Source of the DNA: Gammaproteobacteria bacterium
GTDB lineage: Bacteria > Pseudomonadota > Gammaproteobacteria > Natronospirales > REEB76
Direction of reading: 5' to 3'
Length of the DNA: 62,438 nt
NCBI GenBank assembly: GCA_035701115.1
Contig: DASSOA010000158.1
Location: 1-62,438 of the forward strand
The notes beneath the pieces are model-generated. The model saw only the letters and a list, made by a program, of their open reading frames with translations, had not been told where the DNA came from and searched no databases. Position 1 is the first letter of the stretch. The number at the start of each line of letters is the position of its first letter. The position numbers were made by a program, and so were the translations under genes. Of the stretch, positions 1 through 8,592 are shown piece after piece.

Positions 1-1124
1 TAGGAAGGGTTCTGGCTTGCCGATACGGTAAACCGGGAATTCGGATGTGCTGCTGCCCCGTTGGTTGCCCCGTACGTCTCACCCTTCCAGTTCAGGGCCG
101 GGCGGCCATCTTGTAGGCCTTCCCACCAGGGTTGATTGTCATCCGTTACCGCAACATTGGTAAAGATTGTATTGCGGGTAATCATGTCATAGGCATTCTT
201 GTTGGTTTTCCGGTTGGTTCCGGGTACCACGCCGAAATAACCAGCTTCGGGATTAATTGCCCATAACCGGCCATCGTCCCCCAGCCGCATCCAGCAGATG
301 TCATCGCCGATGGTCCAGATTTTCCAGCCTTGGTACGTTTCCGGGGGAATCAACATCGCCAGATTGGTTTTGCCGCAAGCCGACGGGAACGCTGCGGCTA
401 CATAATGCACCTGCCCCTGGGGATTCTCAATTCCAACGATGAGCATGTGTTCGGCCAGCCAGCCTTCCGATCTGGCCTGCCAGCTCGCAATGCGCAATGC
501 GTGGCATTTCTTGCCCAGGAGCGCATTACCGCCGTAGCCCGAGCCAAAGCTCTGTATGGTGAGTTCTTCCGGGAAATGCATGATGAATCTGCGTTCCGGA
601 TTCAGGTCGCCAATAGAGTGCAGTCCCTTCACAAACCGGCCTTCCCGCTCGATGCGTTGCAGCGCGGCCGCGCCCATGCGGGTCATGATCTTCATATTGG
701 CGACGACATAGGGGCTGTCGGTAATTTCAACGCCACACCGTGAAAGGGGGGAGTCGATCGGACCCATGCAATAGGGGATCACGTACATCGTGCGGCCGGC
801 CATGCAGTCCTTGAACAGCGCATCCATTTTGGCGTGGGCTTCTGACGGGTCCATCCAGTTGTTGTTGGGGCCGGCGTCGTCGCGATCGTTCGTGCAGATG
901 AAGGTCAGGTGCTCTACGCGGGCTACGTCCGAAGGGTTCGAACGGTGCAGGTAGCAGCCGGGGTGTGTCTGCGGATTGAGCTCCTTGAGAGAGCCTTCCT
1001 TGAGCATCAGGTCAATCAGATCGCGATATTCCCGCTCGGAACCATCACACCAATGAATCTGGTCAGGACGCGTCTGCTTGGCAATGCTGGCGACCCACTC
1101 GGAAAGCGCTTTATTGCTGGTCAT
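1..1124 (-). CDS. pckG: GTP-dependent phosphoenolpyruvate carboxykinase, N-terminal ~374 codons (3' end runs off the window start)
   Basis: Absent from the supplied ORF track because no stop lies in the window. Manual reverse-complement translation from the ATG at 1124..1122 gives [33 protein letters not shown]...[18 protein letters not shown]...[16 protein letters not shown]...[11 protein letters not shown]... This contains the GTP-PEPCK P-loop FPSACGKTN and the GDDI(A/C)WM motif. Confidence 0.9.
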   Translation of the reverse strand, partial: MTSNKALSEWVASIAKQTRPDQIHWCDGSEREYRDLIDLMLKEGSLKELNPQTHPGCYLHRSNPSDVARVEHLTFICTNDRDDAGPNNNWMDPSEAHAKMDALFKDCMAGRTMYVIPYCMGPIDSPLSRCGVEITDSPYVVANMKIMTRMGAAALQRIEREGRFVKGLHSIGDLNPERRFIMHFPEELTIQSFGSGYGGNALLGKKCHALRIASWQARSEGWLAEHMLIVGIENPQGQVHYVAAAFPSACGKTNLAMLIPPETYQGWKIWTIGDDICWMRLGDDGRLWAINPEAGYFGVVPGTNRKTNKNAYDMITRNTIFTNVAVTDDNQPWWEGLQDGRPALNWKGETYGATNGAAAHPNSRFTVSASQNPS

Positions 1125-1300
1125 TTCAGGCCCACATCAGGTTGAAGATGGTGGGGCCGGTTGGTACTGCCGCGCCCCACGGCGATAGCCCTGTATTATA
1201 GCGTCCGATTACCATTTGGTCCGCTATCAGGGCCCCTCGCTGCGGGCGGATGCTATAGAATTGACGGCGAACGGAAGTTGTCCCCAAAGGAGGGGCCCAG

Positions 1301-2032
1301 ATGGGTGAACATACGATCCGCGAGGTGCTGAAGCGCAGGAGTTCAGCGACCCAGCGGGAGTTGCAAAAGCGCCGCGATCAGATTGTCCGCAACAAACGCT
1401 CGCGAGCCCCGTTGCTGGTTCTGGCTGTTGTTGTCGTGGCGATTGTCGGTGCCGGACTCTATGTGGCCAGCCTGGCCAGCAAGATATCTGATCGCTTCAA
1501 TACCGACCTGATTTCGCGCAGTGCCGATCCCGTTCACAATCTCAGTTTGCATTCCGTGACGGCTTTTTTGCCCAATACGTTCCTGGCGGTGACTGATCCG
1601 GGATTCTTTGATGCCAGTGCCACAACGATCAGTCCCGTGACGCTCCGACTGGTACGGCTCTATTTTCCAGATGCATCCAGCCTCTCCACAAACGTCATGG
1701 CGCTGGTAGCGCAATTCAAATTTACTCGCACCGATATCCTGGAAGGATATCTCAACGACGTACATATGGGCATGGACAGCAACAAGCCAATCACGGGGCT
1801 GGTGAGCGCCAGCCAGATATACTTCCACAAACCATTCGCAGAGTTGCAACCACAGGACATCGCGTTGCTGGTGGCAGTAATGGGAAATCCGCAGCAGAAC
1901 GATCCCAGACGCTTTCCAGACAAGGCACTGGCCAGCCGGAATGCCGTTCTGCAGGCTGATGTGGATCAAACGGTGCTGAGTCAGGATCAGGCGAATGTGT
2001 TGTCAAAAGCGCCATTGGGCGTGGCGCCCTGA
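1301..2032 (+). CDS. Membrane-anchored GT51 (peptidoglycan glycosyltransferase/MtgA-like) domain protein, apparently lacking the catalytic residues
   Basis: 243-aa ORF with AGGAGG 7-8 nt upstream of the ATG. It has a basic N-terminus and one TM helix (PLLVLAVVVVAIVGAGLYVASLA). The remainder aligns by eye with E. coli MtgA: ...ILEGYLNDVHMG..., ...ASQIYFHKPFAELQPQDIALLVAVMGNP... Motif 1 is AVTDPGFF instead of A(A/T)EDxxF, and the RKxxE motif is replaced by STNVMA. Confidence 0.75.
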   Translation: MGEHTIREVLKRRSSATQRELQKRRDQIVRNKRSRAPLLVLAVVVVAIVGAGLYVASLASKISDRFNTDLISRSADPVHNLSLHSVTAFLPNTFLAVTDPGFFDASATTISPVTLRLVRLYFPDASSLSTNVMALVAQFKFTRTDILEGYLNDVHMGMDSNKPITGLVSASQIYFHKPFAELQPQDIALLVAVMGNPQQNDPRRFPDKALASRNAVLQADVDQTVLSQDQANVLSKAPLGVAP

Positions 2033-2068
2033 TCGCCACGTTCCCGCTTCGCCGCCGGCCGGTTATTC

Positions 2069-4021
2069 ATGACGGACTGCGCTGATCTGCTTGGGTCAAC
2101 TGGCCCGTTCGCAGAGCACTTGCCCAACTTCGCTGTTCGTGATCAGCAGCAGTTGCTTGCCGATGAGATCAGCAATACTTTTGAACGTGGTGAAATCCTC
2201 ATCGCCGAGGCCGGCACAGGTACGGGCAAGACGTTTGCCTATCTTGTGCCGGCATTACTTGCCGGAAAACGCGTTCTGATTTCAACGGGCACCAAGACCC
2301 TTCAGGATCAGCTTTTCCACCGCGATCTCCCGGTCGTTCGGAACGCGCTCGGCATGCCGGTAAAGGTAGCGCTGCTTAAAGGCCGCGCAAACTATCTTTG
2401 CCGGCATCGACTTTCGATGCTGGTACATTCTGCGCAAGGCCTGTTTGAAAGCCGGGACCAGGTCTCTGAACTGGAGCGGATCCGGTCCTGGTCGGACCAG
2501 ACGCGGACCGGCGAAATTGCCGAATTGTCTGCCGTTCCGGAAACTTCCCCGCTTTGGCCACAAGTCACGTCCACGGCTGACAACTGCCTGGGTCAGGAAT
2601 GTCCTGAATATGGCCGCTGTCACGTGCTCGAAGCGCGGCGCCGTGCACAGGAGGCCGATGTCGTGGTCATTAATCATCATCTGTTGCTTGCGGACATGCT
2701 GCTCAAGGAAGAGGGCTTTGGCGCGCTGCTGCCTGGTGTGGACGCTGTGATCGTGGATGAGGCGCATCAGCTTCCCGAGGTGGCCACCCAGTATTTTGGC
2801 AGCAATGTTTCGAGTCGTCAGTGCAGTGAGCTGCTTCAGGATGTGCAGAAGGAGTACCGCGAAGCAGGTGCCGACGCGCCCGAATTTGCCTGCCTTGTGG
2901 AGGCAGCACAATCGGCGCTGGCAGCAACCCAGCAATTGCTGGGTCACGGCGCAGGCCGCTTCGAATGGCGCGAGTTTCCCGGGCAAGTGCGTGCATGCGA
3001 AGCGTTGCAGCTGCTTGCGACAGCACTTGTTGCATTGCACGAAGGCCTCGAACATCTGGCAGTGCGCTCGCGGGGATTGGAAAATTGCAGGCAGCGTCTT
3101 GAATCCGTGATTGAGCGTCTGCAATTGTTCCTTGATGACGAGGAAGTTGCCGATCACATACGCTGGATCGAACGTTACAGTCGTAATTTCAGTCTGAATC
3201 TCACTCCTCTGGATGCCGCCGAACGTTTTCGCGGCAGCATGGCGCAGAATCCTTCGGCCTGGGTGTTTCTGTCGGCGACGCTGTCCATTAACGGAAGTTT
3301 TGCGCATTTCCGGGAACGCCTGGGCCTGGACCAGACCCGTGAACTTCTGCTTGACAGCCCTTTTGACTATGAACGGAACGCGCTTCTCTATCTGCCGCAG
3401 GATATGCCCGATACCGGTTCACCTGACTATACAGCGGCCGTAGTCGCCGCGGCATTGCCGGTAATCGAAGCCAGTGGAGGACGGACATTCATTCTCTTTA
3501 CCAGTCATCGAGCCCTGCAGGAAGCTGCCGGCCGGTTGCGCGGCGTCATCGATTATCCGCTTCTGGTACAGGGAGAAGCTCCACGGCATACCCTGCTTGA
3601 AGAGTTCAGGGCCCTTGGTAATGCGGTTTTGCTGGGCACATCAAGTTTTTGGGAAGGGGTCGACGTCAAGGGCAAGGCGCTTTCGGTCGTCGTAATTGAC
3701 AGGTTGCCATTTGCTTCACCGGGCGATCCGGTCTTCAAGGCGCGACTGGATGCCTTGCGACGTCAGGGGCGCGATCCGTTCACCGCGCACCAATTGCCGC
3801 TCGCTGTCATTGCCCTCAAGCAGGGAGTGGGCCGTTTGATTCGCGACACGACGGATACGGGTGTCCTGATGCTGTGCGACCCCCGGATTACACGAAAGGG
3901 ATATGGGCGGGTATTCCTGAACAGTCTGCCTCCGATGCGGCGTACCCGCAGTCTGAGCGAGGTTCAGGGTTTTCTTGCAGAACAGATGCCATTCACCACC
4001 AGGAGTTCGGCTGCAGTATGA
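2069..4021 (+). CDS. yoaA: ATP-dependent DNA helicase, DinG/XPD family, YoaA-like (Fe-S cluster helicase)
   Basis: 650 aa. Walker A AGTGTGKT, DEAH box VDEAHQL, and four Cys typical of the XPD-type 4Fe-4S domain (NYLC...DNCLGQEC...GRC). Its size and position next to tsaB match E. coli yoaA. Confidence 0.85.
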   Translation: MTDCADLLGSTGPFAEHLPNFAVRDQQQLLADEISNTFERGEILIAEAGTGTGKTFAYLVPALLAGKRVLISTGTKTLQDQLFHRDLPVVRNALGMPVKVALLKGRANYLCRHRLSMLVHSAQGLFESRDQVSELERIRSWSDQTRTGEIAELSAVPETSPLWPQVTSTADNCLGQECPEYGRCHVLEARRRAQEADVVVINHHLLLADMLLKEEGFGALLPGVDAVIVDEAHQLPEVATQYFGSNVSSRQCSELLQDVQKEYREAGADAPEFACLVEAAQSALAATQQLLGHGAGRFEWREFPGQVRACEALQLLATALVALHEGLEHLAVRSRGLENCRQRLESVIERLQLFLDDEEVADHIRWIERYSRNFSLNLTPLDAAERFRGSMAQNPSAWVFLSATLSINGSFAHFRERLGLDQTRELLLDSPFDYERNALLYLPQDMPDTGSPDYTAAVVAAALPVIEASGGRTFILFTSHRALQEAAGRLRGVIDYPLLVQGEAPRHTLLEEFRALGNAVLLGTSSFWEGVDVKGKALSVVVIDRLPFASPGDPVFKARLDALRRQGRDPFTAHQLPLAVIALKQGVGRLIRDTTDTGVLMLCDPRITRKGYGRVFLNSLPPMRRTRSLSEVQGFLAEQMPFTTRSSAAV

Positions 4022-4701
4022 AAATATTGGCGATTGATACTGCGACCGAGCGGTGTTCCGTTGCGCTTTGGCAAGACGGCGAGGTGTGGCAACGCGAGCA
4101 GATGGCAAGCCGGACGCATGCAGAGCTGATCCTGCCGATGATAGATGACTTGCTCGGGGACAAGGGCTGCAAACTGAACCAGCTGCACGCAATTGCGTTC
4201 GGCCGGGGTCCGGGTGCGTTTACGGGCGTGCGCGTGGCAGTGTCGGTCGCGCAGGGTCTTGCGTTTGGCGTTGGGCTGCCGCTTGTTCCTGTTTCGGATC
4301 TCGAAGCACTCGCGGCAGCAGCAGCGAGACTGCATGGTATCTCACGGGCGCTGGTCTGCATGGACGCGCGAATGGGCGAAGTGTACTGGGCTGCCTATTC
4401 GCTATCACCAGATGGCATCGAGGCCCATACGAGCGAGGCTGTATCGCCGCCGCCAATGGTGATCCCACCTGACGATGGCGGATGGTTCGGTGTCGGCGAA
4501 GGTTTTCGCAATTACCTGCCCGAACTGGAGCTTCAGCTGCGGGGGCAGCTGTCAGGTATGGCGCCGGACCTGCTGCCGGATGCGAGAGATGTCGCGGCGC
4601 TGGCGGCGCAGGCATATGCTCAGGGGAAATTTGTGCAGGCAGAACAGGCACTGCCGGTTTATCTGCGCGACAAGGTGGCGAGCCCGAAACCAGTGCTGTA
4701 A
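4018..4701 (+). CDS. tsaB: tRNA threonylcarbamoyladenosine (t6A) biosynthesis protein TsaB
   Basis: The ORF-track entry 3874..4701 is over-extended. MKILAIDTATERCSVAL... is the canonical TsaB/YeaZ N-terminus. The ATG at 4018 overlaps the yoaA stop (ATGA). Confidence 0.9.
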   Translation: MKILAIDTATERCSVALWQDGEVWQREQMASRTHAELILPMIDDLLGDKGCKLNQLHAIAFGRGPGAFTGVRVAVSVAQGLAFGVGLPLVPVSDLEALAAAAARLHGISRALVCMDARMGEVYWAAYSLSPDGIEAHTSEAVSPPPMVIPPDDGGWFGVGEGFRNYLPELELQLRGQLSGMAPDLLPDARDVAALAAQAYAQGKFVQAEQALPVYLRDKVASPKPVL

Positions 4702-4761
4702 TTAGATTGTCATATGACCTTGTTTTAATAATTGCGTCATTGCACTGTAGTAATAAAGGAC

Positions 4762-5454
4762 ATGACTGACAAGCGCATACTGATAGTGGAAGACGAGCAG
4801 CCGGTGCGCGACATGGTCGCATTCGGGCTCAAGCGTGAGGGCTACCGGGTCGAGGAGGCTGCCGACTGCACCGTAGCTCGCGCCGCTATCGCCGACCGGT
4901 TGCCCGACCTGGTATTGCTCGACTGGATGCTGCCGGACATGAGTGGGCTGGAATTTGCACGTCTGCTTAAGCGTCAGGAAGCAACGCGTGAGTTGCCGAT
5001 CATCATGCTCACGGCACGCGCCACCGAAGATGACAAGGTCATGGGTCTGCAGAGCGGTGCGGACGACTACATCACGAAGCCGTTTTCCACCCGCGAACTT
5101 CTGGCACGCATTGAAGCCGTGCTGCGTCGTGCGGCCGGGCATGAAGAGCAATTGATAGTCGGCATCTTGCAGATGAATACACTTAGTCATCGCGTTACCG
5201 CGAACGGCAGGGATGTTTCCCTTGGTCCCACCGAGTACCGATTGCTCCGGTTTTTCATGTCCCATCCAGAGCGCGTATTCAGCCGGGCTCAGGTACTGGA
5301 TCGTGTCTGGGGCGGCGGAGTTTACGTCGAGGAACGCACAGTCGACGTGCATATTCGCCGCCTTCGGAAAGCACTGGAACCTTTCGGCTGCGATGGATAC
5401 ATACAGACTGTGCGTGGCAGCGGTTATCGTTGTTCGGTGGCACGGGATTCATGA
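4762..5454 (+). CDS. phoB: Phosphate regulon response regulator PhoB (OmpR family)
   Basis: MTDKRILIVEDEQPVRDM...DWMLPDMSG...winged-helix C-terminus ...VDVHIRRLRKAL. AAAGGA Shine-Dalgarno upstream of the ATG at 4762. Followed by phoR. Confidence 0.93.
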   Translation: MTDKRILIVEDEQPVRDMVAFGLKREGYRVEEAADCTVARAAIADRLPDLVLLDWMLPDMSGLEFARLLKRQEATRELPIIMLTARATEDDKVMGLQSGADDYITKPFSTRELLARIEAVLRRAAGHEEQLIVGILQMNTLSHRVTANGRDVSLGPTEYRLLRFFMSHPERVFSRAQVLDRVWGGGVYVEERTVDVHIRRLRKALEPFGCDGYIQTVRGSGYRCSVARDS

Positions 5455-6770
5455 TGGGGCAGGGTTGGCGGCAAAGCCTGCTGAGTTACGCCGCGTTGCT
5501 GCTGGCGGGCCTGGTTTTTGCCGGCCATTTTGGGCACCCGGTGCTGGGTCTGTTCGTGGCCACGGCGATCTATCTGCTTTGGCATCTCATCAACCTTTAC
5601 CGTCTGGAGCAGTGGCTTCGCAAAGGCCGGCAGTTCAACACACCGGAATCGCTCGGGGTATGGGGCGAAATATTCCAGCATTTCTATCGTCTGCGAAGAC
5701 GGGATCGGGAACGCAAACGCCGCATGGCGCGGCTGCTGCGTGAGTTTCGCGACTCAACCGGCGCTATGCCGGACGGAGTGGTGGTATTGAACCGACTTGG
5801 TGAGATTCGCTGGTTCAACCGCTCGGCAGCGCGGTTGCTCGATCTGCACGTGCCGCAGGATATCGGGCAGCGCATCGCGAACCTGATTCGCCATCCGGAT
5901 TTCATCCGCTATATCAAACTCGGCAATTACGAGGAAGCAGTAGAGGTGCCGTCCGAGAATGGCGGAGCGTCGTACCTGACCCTGCAGATCGTACCGTATG
6001 CGCAGTCCCAACAGCTGTTGCTGGTGCGCGATGTGACGCGTTTGCACCGTCTCGAACAGATGCGTCGCGAATTTGTGGCGAACGCATCACATGAACTCAG
6101 AACACCCCTGACGGTGATTGCGGGCTATCTGGATGCGCTTAATTCCGCAAAAGACATACCGGAGGACTGGCGTGCACCAGTCAGGGAAATGCAGCAACAG
6201 TCGCGCCGCATGAACGCAATCGTGAATGATCTGCTCGAACTGCTGCGGCTGGAAACCGAGCCAGGGGATGCTCCATATCAGAGAGTTGACGTAGCCGGCA
6301 TGCTGTCGCGCATCCGGGCCGAGGTCCGGGCCCTGGGTCAGGGCCCGGGAGATGTGATTCTCGACATCACTTCGGACCTTCAATTACTTGGTGCGGAACG
6401 TGAGCTGTACAGCGCCTTTGCCAATCTGGTGTTCAATGCCATGAAATACACGCCATCGAACGGGCGGGTAACGGTTGCCTGGAAACCGGAGGGTGAGGGC
6501 GCCTGTTTCACTGTCAGTGACACCGGTATCGGGATTCCAGCTGAACACATTCCCAGGCTGACCGAGCGGTTTTACCGCGTCGACCCCTCACGGCAACGCG
6601 ACAGCGGCGGGACAGGGTTGGGGCTCGCGATCGTCAAGCATGTCCTTCAGCATCATGCCGCGCGTCTCGAGATTGTGAGTCAGCCCGGAAAGGGGAGCAC
6701 GTTCAGTTGCCATTTTCCGGCCCAGCGAACCTACCGTCCGGAAACGGCGTCTTTCGCGCGTGCAACCTGA
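5451..6770 (+). CDS. phoR: Phosphate regulon sensor histidine kinase PhoR
   Basis: Two N-terminal TM segments, a charged linker and a PAS region. H-box FVANASHELRTPLT, plus N/G boxes (DTGIGI, GGTGLGLAIV). The ATG at 5451 or 5454 overlaps the phoB stop. Confidence 0.92.
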   Translation: MMGQGWRQSLLSYAALLLAGLVFAGHFGHPVLGLFVATAIYLLWHLINLYRLEQWLRKGRQFNTPESLGVWGEIFQHFYRLRRRDRERKRRMARLLREFRDSTGAMPDGVVVLNRLGEIRWFNRSAARLLDLHVPQDIGQRIANLIRHPDFIRYIKLGNYEEAVEVPSENGGASYLTLQIVPYAQSQQLLLVRDVTRLHRLEQMRREFVANASHELRTPLTVIAGYLDALNSAKDIPEDWRAPVREMQQQSRRMNAIVNDLLELLRLETEPGDAPYQRVDVAGMLSRIRAEVRALGQGPGDVILDITSDLQLLGAERELYSAFANLVFNAMKYTPSNGRVTVAWKPEGEGACFTVSDTGIGIPAEHIPRLTERFYRVDPSRQRDSGGTGLGLAIVKHVLQHHAARLEIVSQPGKGSTFSCHFPAQRTYRPETASFARAT

Positions 6771-6798
6771 TGTCATCGAACTGTCGCGCTAATTTCAT
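6770..6798 (+). promoter_or_regulatory. Candidate Pho box: three 7-bp repeats in 11-bp phase upstream of olsB
   Basis: ATGTCAT cgaa CTGTCGC gcta ATTTCAT at 6770-6776, 6781-6787 and 6792-6798. The E. coli consensus is CTGTCAT-N4-CTGTCAT. The site lies immediately after the phoR stop and upstream of olsB. The -10 spacing is not ideal (TTAATT at 6805-6810). Confidence 0.45.
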
Positions 6799-6856
6799 CG
6801 GGGCTTAATTCGCCATCTGCATGCTTGTCGTCAGACAGACGGCAAGGATCAAGCAC

Positions 6857-7636
6857 ATGGCGACCGACCAGTTCGAGTTCAATTCCGTTGATTCAATTGG
6901 CAAGCAATTGCCGCAGCAGCCGGCGCAGGGGCGTCTGCGTGTGGCTTTGGCAGGTTCCGAAGCAGAGGTGCGCGAATCGCAGCGCCTGCGTTACAGGGTG
7001 TTTGCGGAAGAGCAGGGCGCCTCGTTGCATGGCATGGAACCCGGGCTTGATCAGGACAAATTCGATCCTTACTGCCACCACGTGATCGTTCGCGATAATG
7101 CCACCGACGAGATCGTGGCGAGCACCCGCGTCCTGCTGGATTTGGATGCAAGACGTGCGGGCGGTTTTTATTCTGAATGCGAATTCGATCTGGACAGCAT
7201 TCTTGCCGCCCCGGGCAGAATCATGGAAGTCGGCCGTACCTGCGTGCATCCGGATTACCGGCGCGGTGCCGTGATCAGCATGCTCTGGTCGGGGCTGGCC
7301 GGACTGCTCAATGTCAGCCAGTTTCAGCGCATGATCGGTTGTGCGAGTATCCCGATGCACGACGGCGGCGCGGGAGCGCAGGCGACCTACGCATGGTTGT
7401 CACGGGAAAATCTGGTTTCCAGAGAGTTCCGGGTCAGTCCACGACTTCCGTTGCCGACACGGGACGTTGCGCCCGCTGCCTTGATGCCGCCTCTGCTCAA
7501 GGCCTATGTCCGGTTGGGCGCCACGGTCTGCGGAGAACCCTGCTGGGATCCGGACTTCAATACAGCTGATCTGCTGGTCGTACTGGATACCGCCAATCTG
7601 AGCCGGCGCTATGTACGCCGCTATCTGCACCAGTGA
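6857..7636 (+). CDS. olsB: GNAT-type (hemolysin-like, Acetyltransf_5) N-acyltransferase, OlsB-like (lyso-ornithine/amino-lipid synthase)
   Basis: LRVALAGSEAEVRESQRLRYRVFAEEQGA...DKFDPYCHHVIVRD...EVGRTCVHPDYRRG...IGCASIP matches the OlsB family pattern. I prefer the ATG at 6857 (AAGGA 9 nt upstream) over 6821. It is paired with a PlsC-type acyltransferase immediately downstream. Confidence 0.8.
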   Translation: MATDQFEFNSVDSIGKQLPQQPAQGRLRVALAGSEAEVRESQRLRYRVFAEEQGASLHGMEPGLDQDKFDPYCHHVIVRDNATDEIVASTRVLLDLDARRAGGFYSECEFDLDSILAAPGRIMEVGRTCVHPDYRRGAVISMLWSGLAGLLNVSQFQRMIGCASIPMHDGGAGAQATYAWLSRENLVSREFRVSPRLPLPTRDVAPAALMPPLLKAYVRLGATVCGEPCWDPDFNTADLLVVLDTANLSRRYVRRYLHQ

Positions 7637-7647
7637 GCAAATAGGCG

Positions 7648-8427
7648 ATGATTATGTCGTTGCGGATATTGCTGCGTGTGCTCGGTCTGGTTTTGCACGT
7701 CTTGCTGGGTATCGTGCTTGGAATATTGTTGCTCCCGGGTCAACTTGGCGTCGCACGGAAGGCTCAAGTTCGCGTGAGAAACGGCACGGTTCGCTGGTGG
7801 CTGAGGGTAGTGGGACGGCTGCTTGGCGTACGTGTCTTTGTCTGCGGCGAGCCGGTGACGGAACCGGCGCTTCTCGTCGCGAACCACATTTCATGGATCG
7901 ACATCATAGCGCTGGCCGAGATCGCCAGTGCGGATTTTGTAGCCAAGCAGGAAGTCCGTGACTGGCCGTTATTCGGTTGGCTGACTAGGGTGAGCGGGAC
8001 CCTATTTGTGCGCCGTGGAGATTTTGGCGCTGCTCGCATACTGCAGGCGCGAATGGAACGCCGCCTCGCGGCCGGCCGCAGCCTGATCCTGTTTCCGGAA
8101 GGGACGACGTCAGACGCGATCGCGCCAAGACCTTTCAAGTCCCGGCTGTTTCAGGCGGCGATTCGTACCAATGTCCTGGTACAACCGGTTGCGATCAGCT
8201 ATCCGGGGTCCGGCGCCGAGCGGCAGCGAGCTGCATTTGTCGGGGACCAGAGTCTGCTGGAGAACCTCTGGCCTCTGCTTGGTCAGCGCTCCTTGTCCCT
8301 GACCATCCGCTGCATGCCACCCATTTCCGCATCCGGCGCGCAAAGCCGTGCGTTGGCCAGGGATGCGTGGGTATCCGTATGTGAGGGCATCGATGCGCCG
8401 GTCGCGTCCGTCGTTCAGGCTGCCTGA
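7648..8427 (+). CDS. olsA: Lysophospholipid/1-acyl-glycerol-3-phosphate-type acyltransferase (PlsC family), OlsA-like
   Basis: N-terminal TM segment, HX4D motif NHISWID and FPEGTTS motif. Lies 11 nt downstream of olsB. Confidence 0.8.
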   Translation: MIMSLRILLRVLGLVLHVLLGIVLGILLLPGQLGVARKAQVRVRNGTVRWWLRVVGRLLGVRVFVCGEPVTEPALLVANHISWIDIIALAEIASADFVAKQEVRDWPLFGWLTRVSGTLFVRRGDFGAARILQARMERRLAAGRSLILFPEGTTSDAIAPRPFKSRLFQAAIRTNVLVQPVAISYPGSGAERQRAAFVGDQSLLENLWPLLGQRSLSLTIRCMPPISASGAQSRALARDAWVSVCEGIDAPVASVVQAA

Positions 8428-8430
8428 GGG

Positions 8431-8448
8431 CCGTCACGCAACTGTCAC
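8431..8448 (+). promoter_or_regulatory. Candidate Pho box upstream of phoU
   Basis: CCGTCAC gcaa CTGTCAC matches 11 of 14 positions of CTGTCAT-N4-CTGTCA(T/C). Exactly 10 nt later comes a possible -10 hexamer, TAAGCT (8459-8464). The site is ~145 nt upstream of the phoU ATG. Confidence 0.5.
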
Positions 8449-8592
8449 ATTTCCCGCCTAAGCTGTTCGCAGCCAGATCAACGCGGCAGGTTTGAACGAT
8501 ATCCCGTCCGTACCGGCCGGAAATTGCGATATATTAGAGTCTCCTTCAATTCAATTCTGCACCGCAGAACCTTCGGTATCGGGTAATCACAA

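Noticed and set aside
4702-4761. Possible Pho box upstream of phoB: TTGTCAT-atga-CCTTGTT at 4707-4724, or GCGTCAT-tgca-CTGTAGT at 4734-4751.
   Set aside because: The first candidate has a poor second half-site (3 of 7). The second lies only ~11 nt from the phoB ATG, leaving no room for a -10 element and a leader. phoB autoregulation is plausible, but I cannot support a specific site from the sequence.
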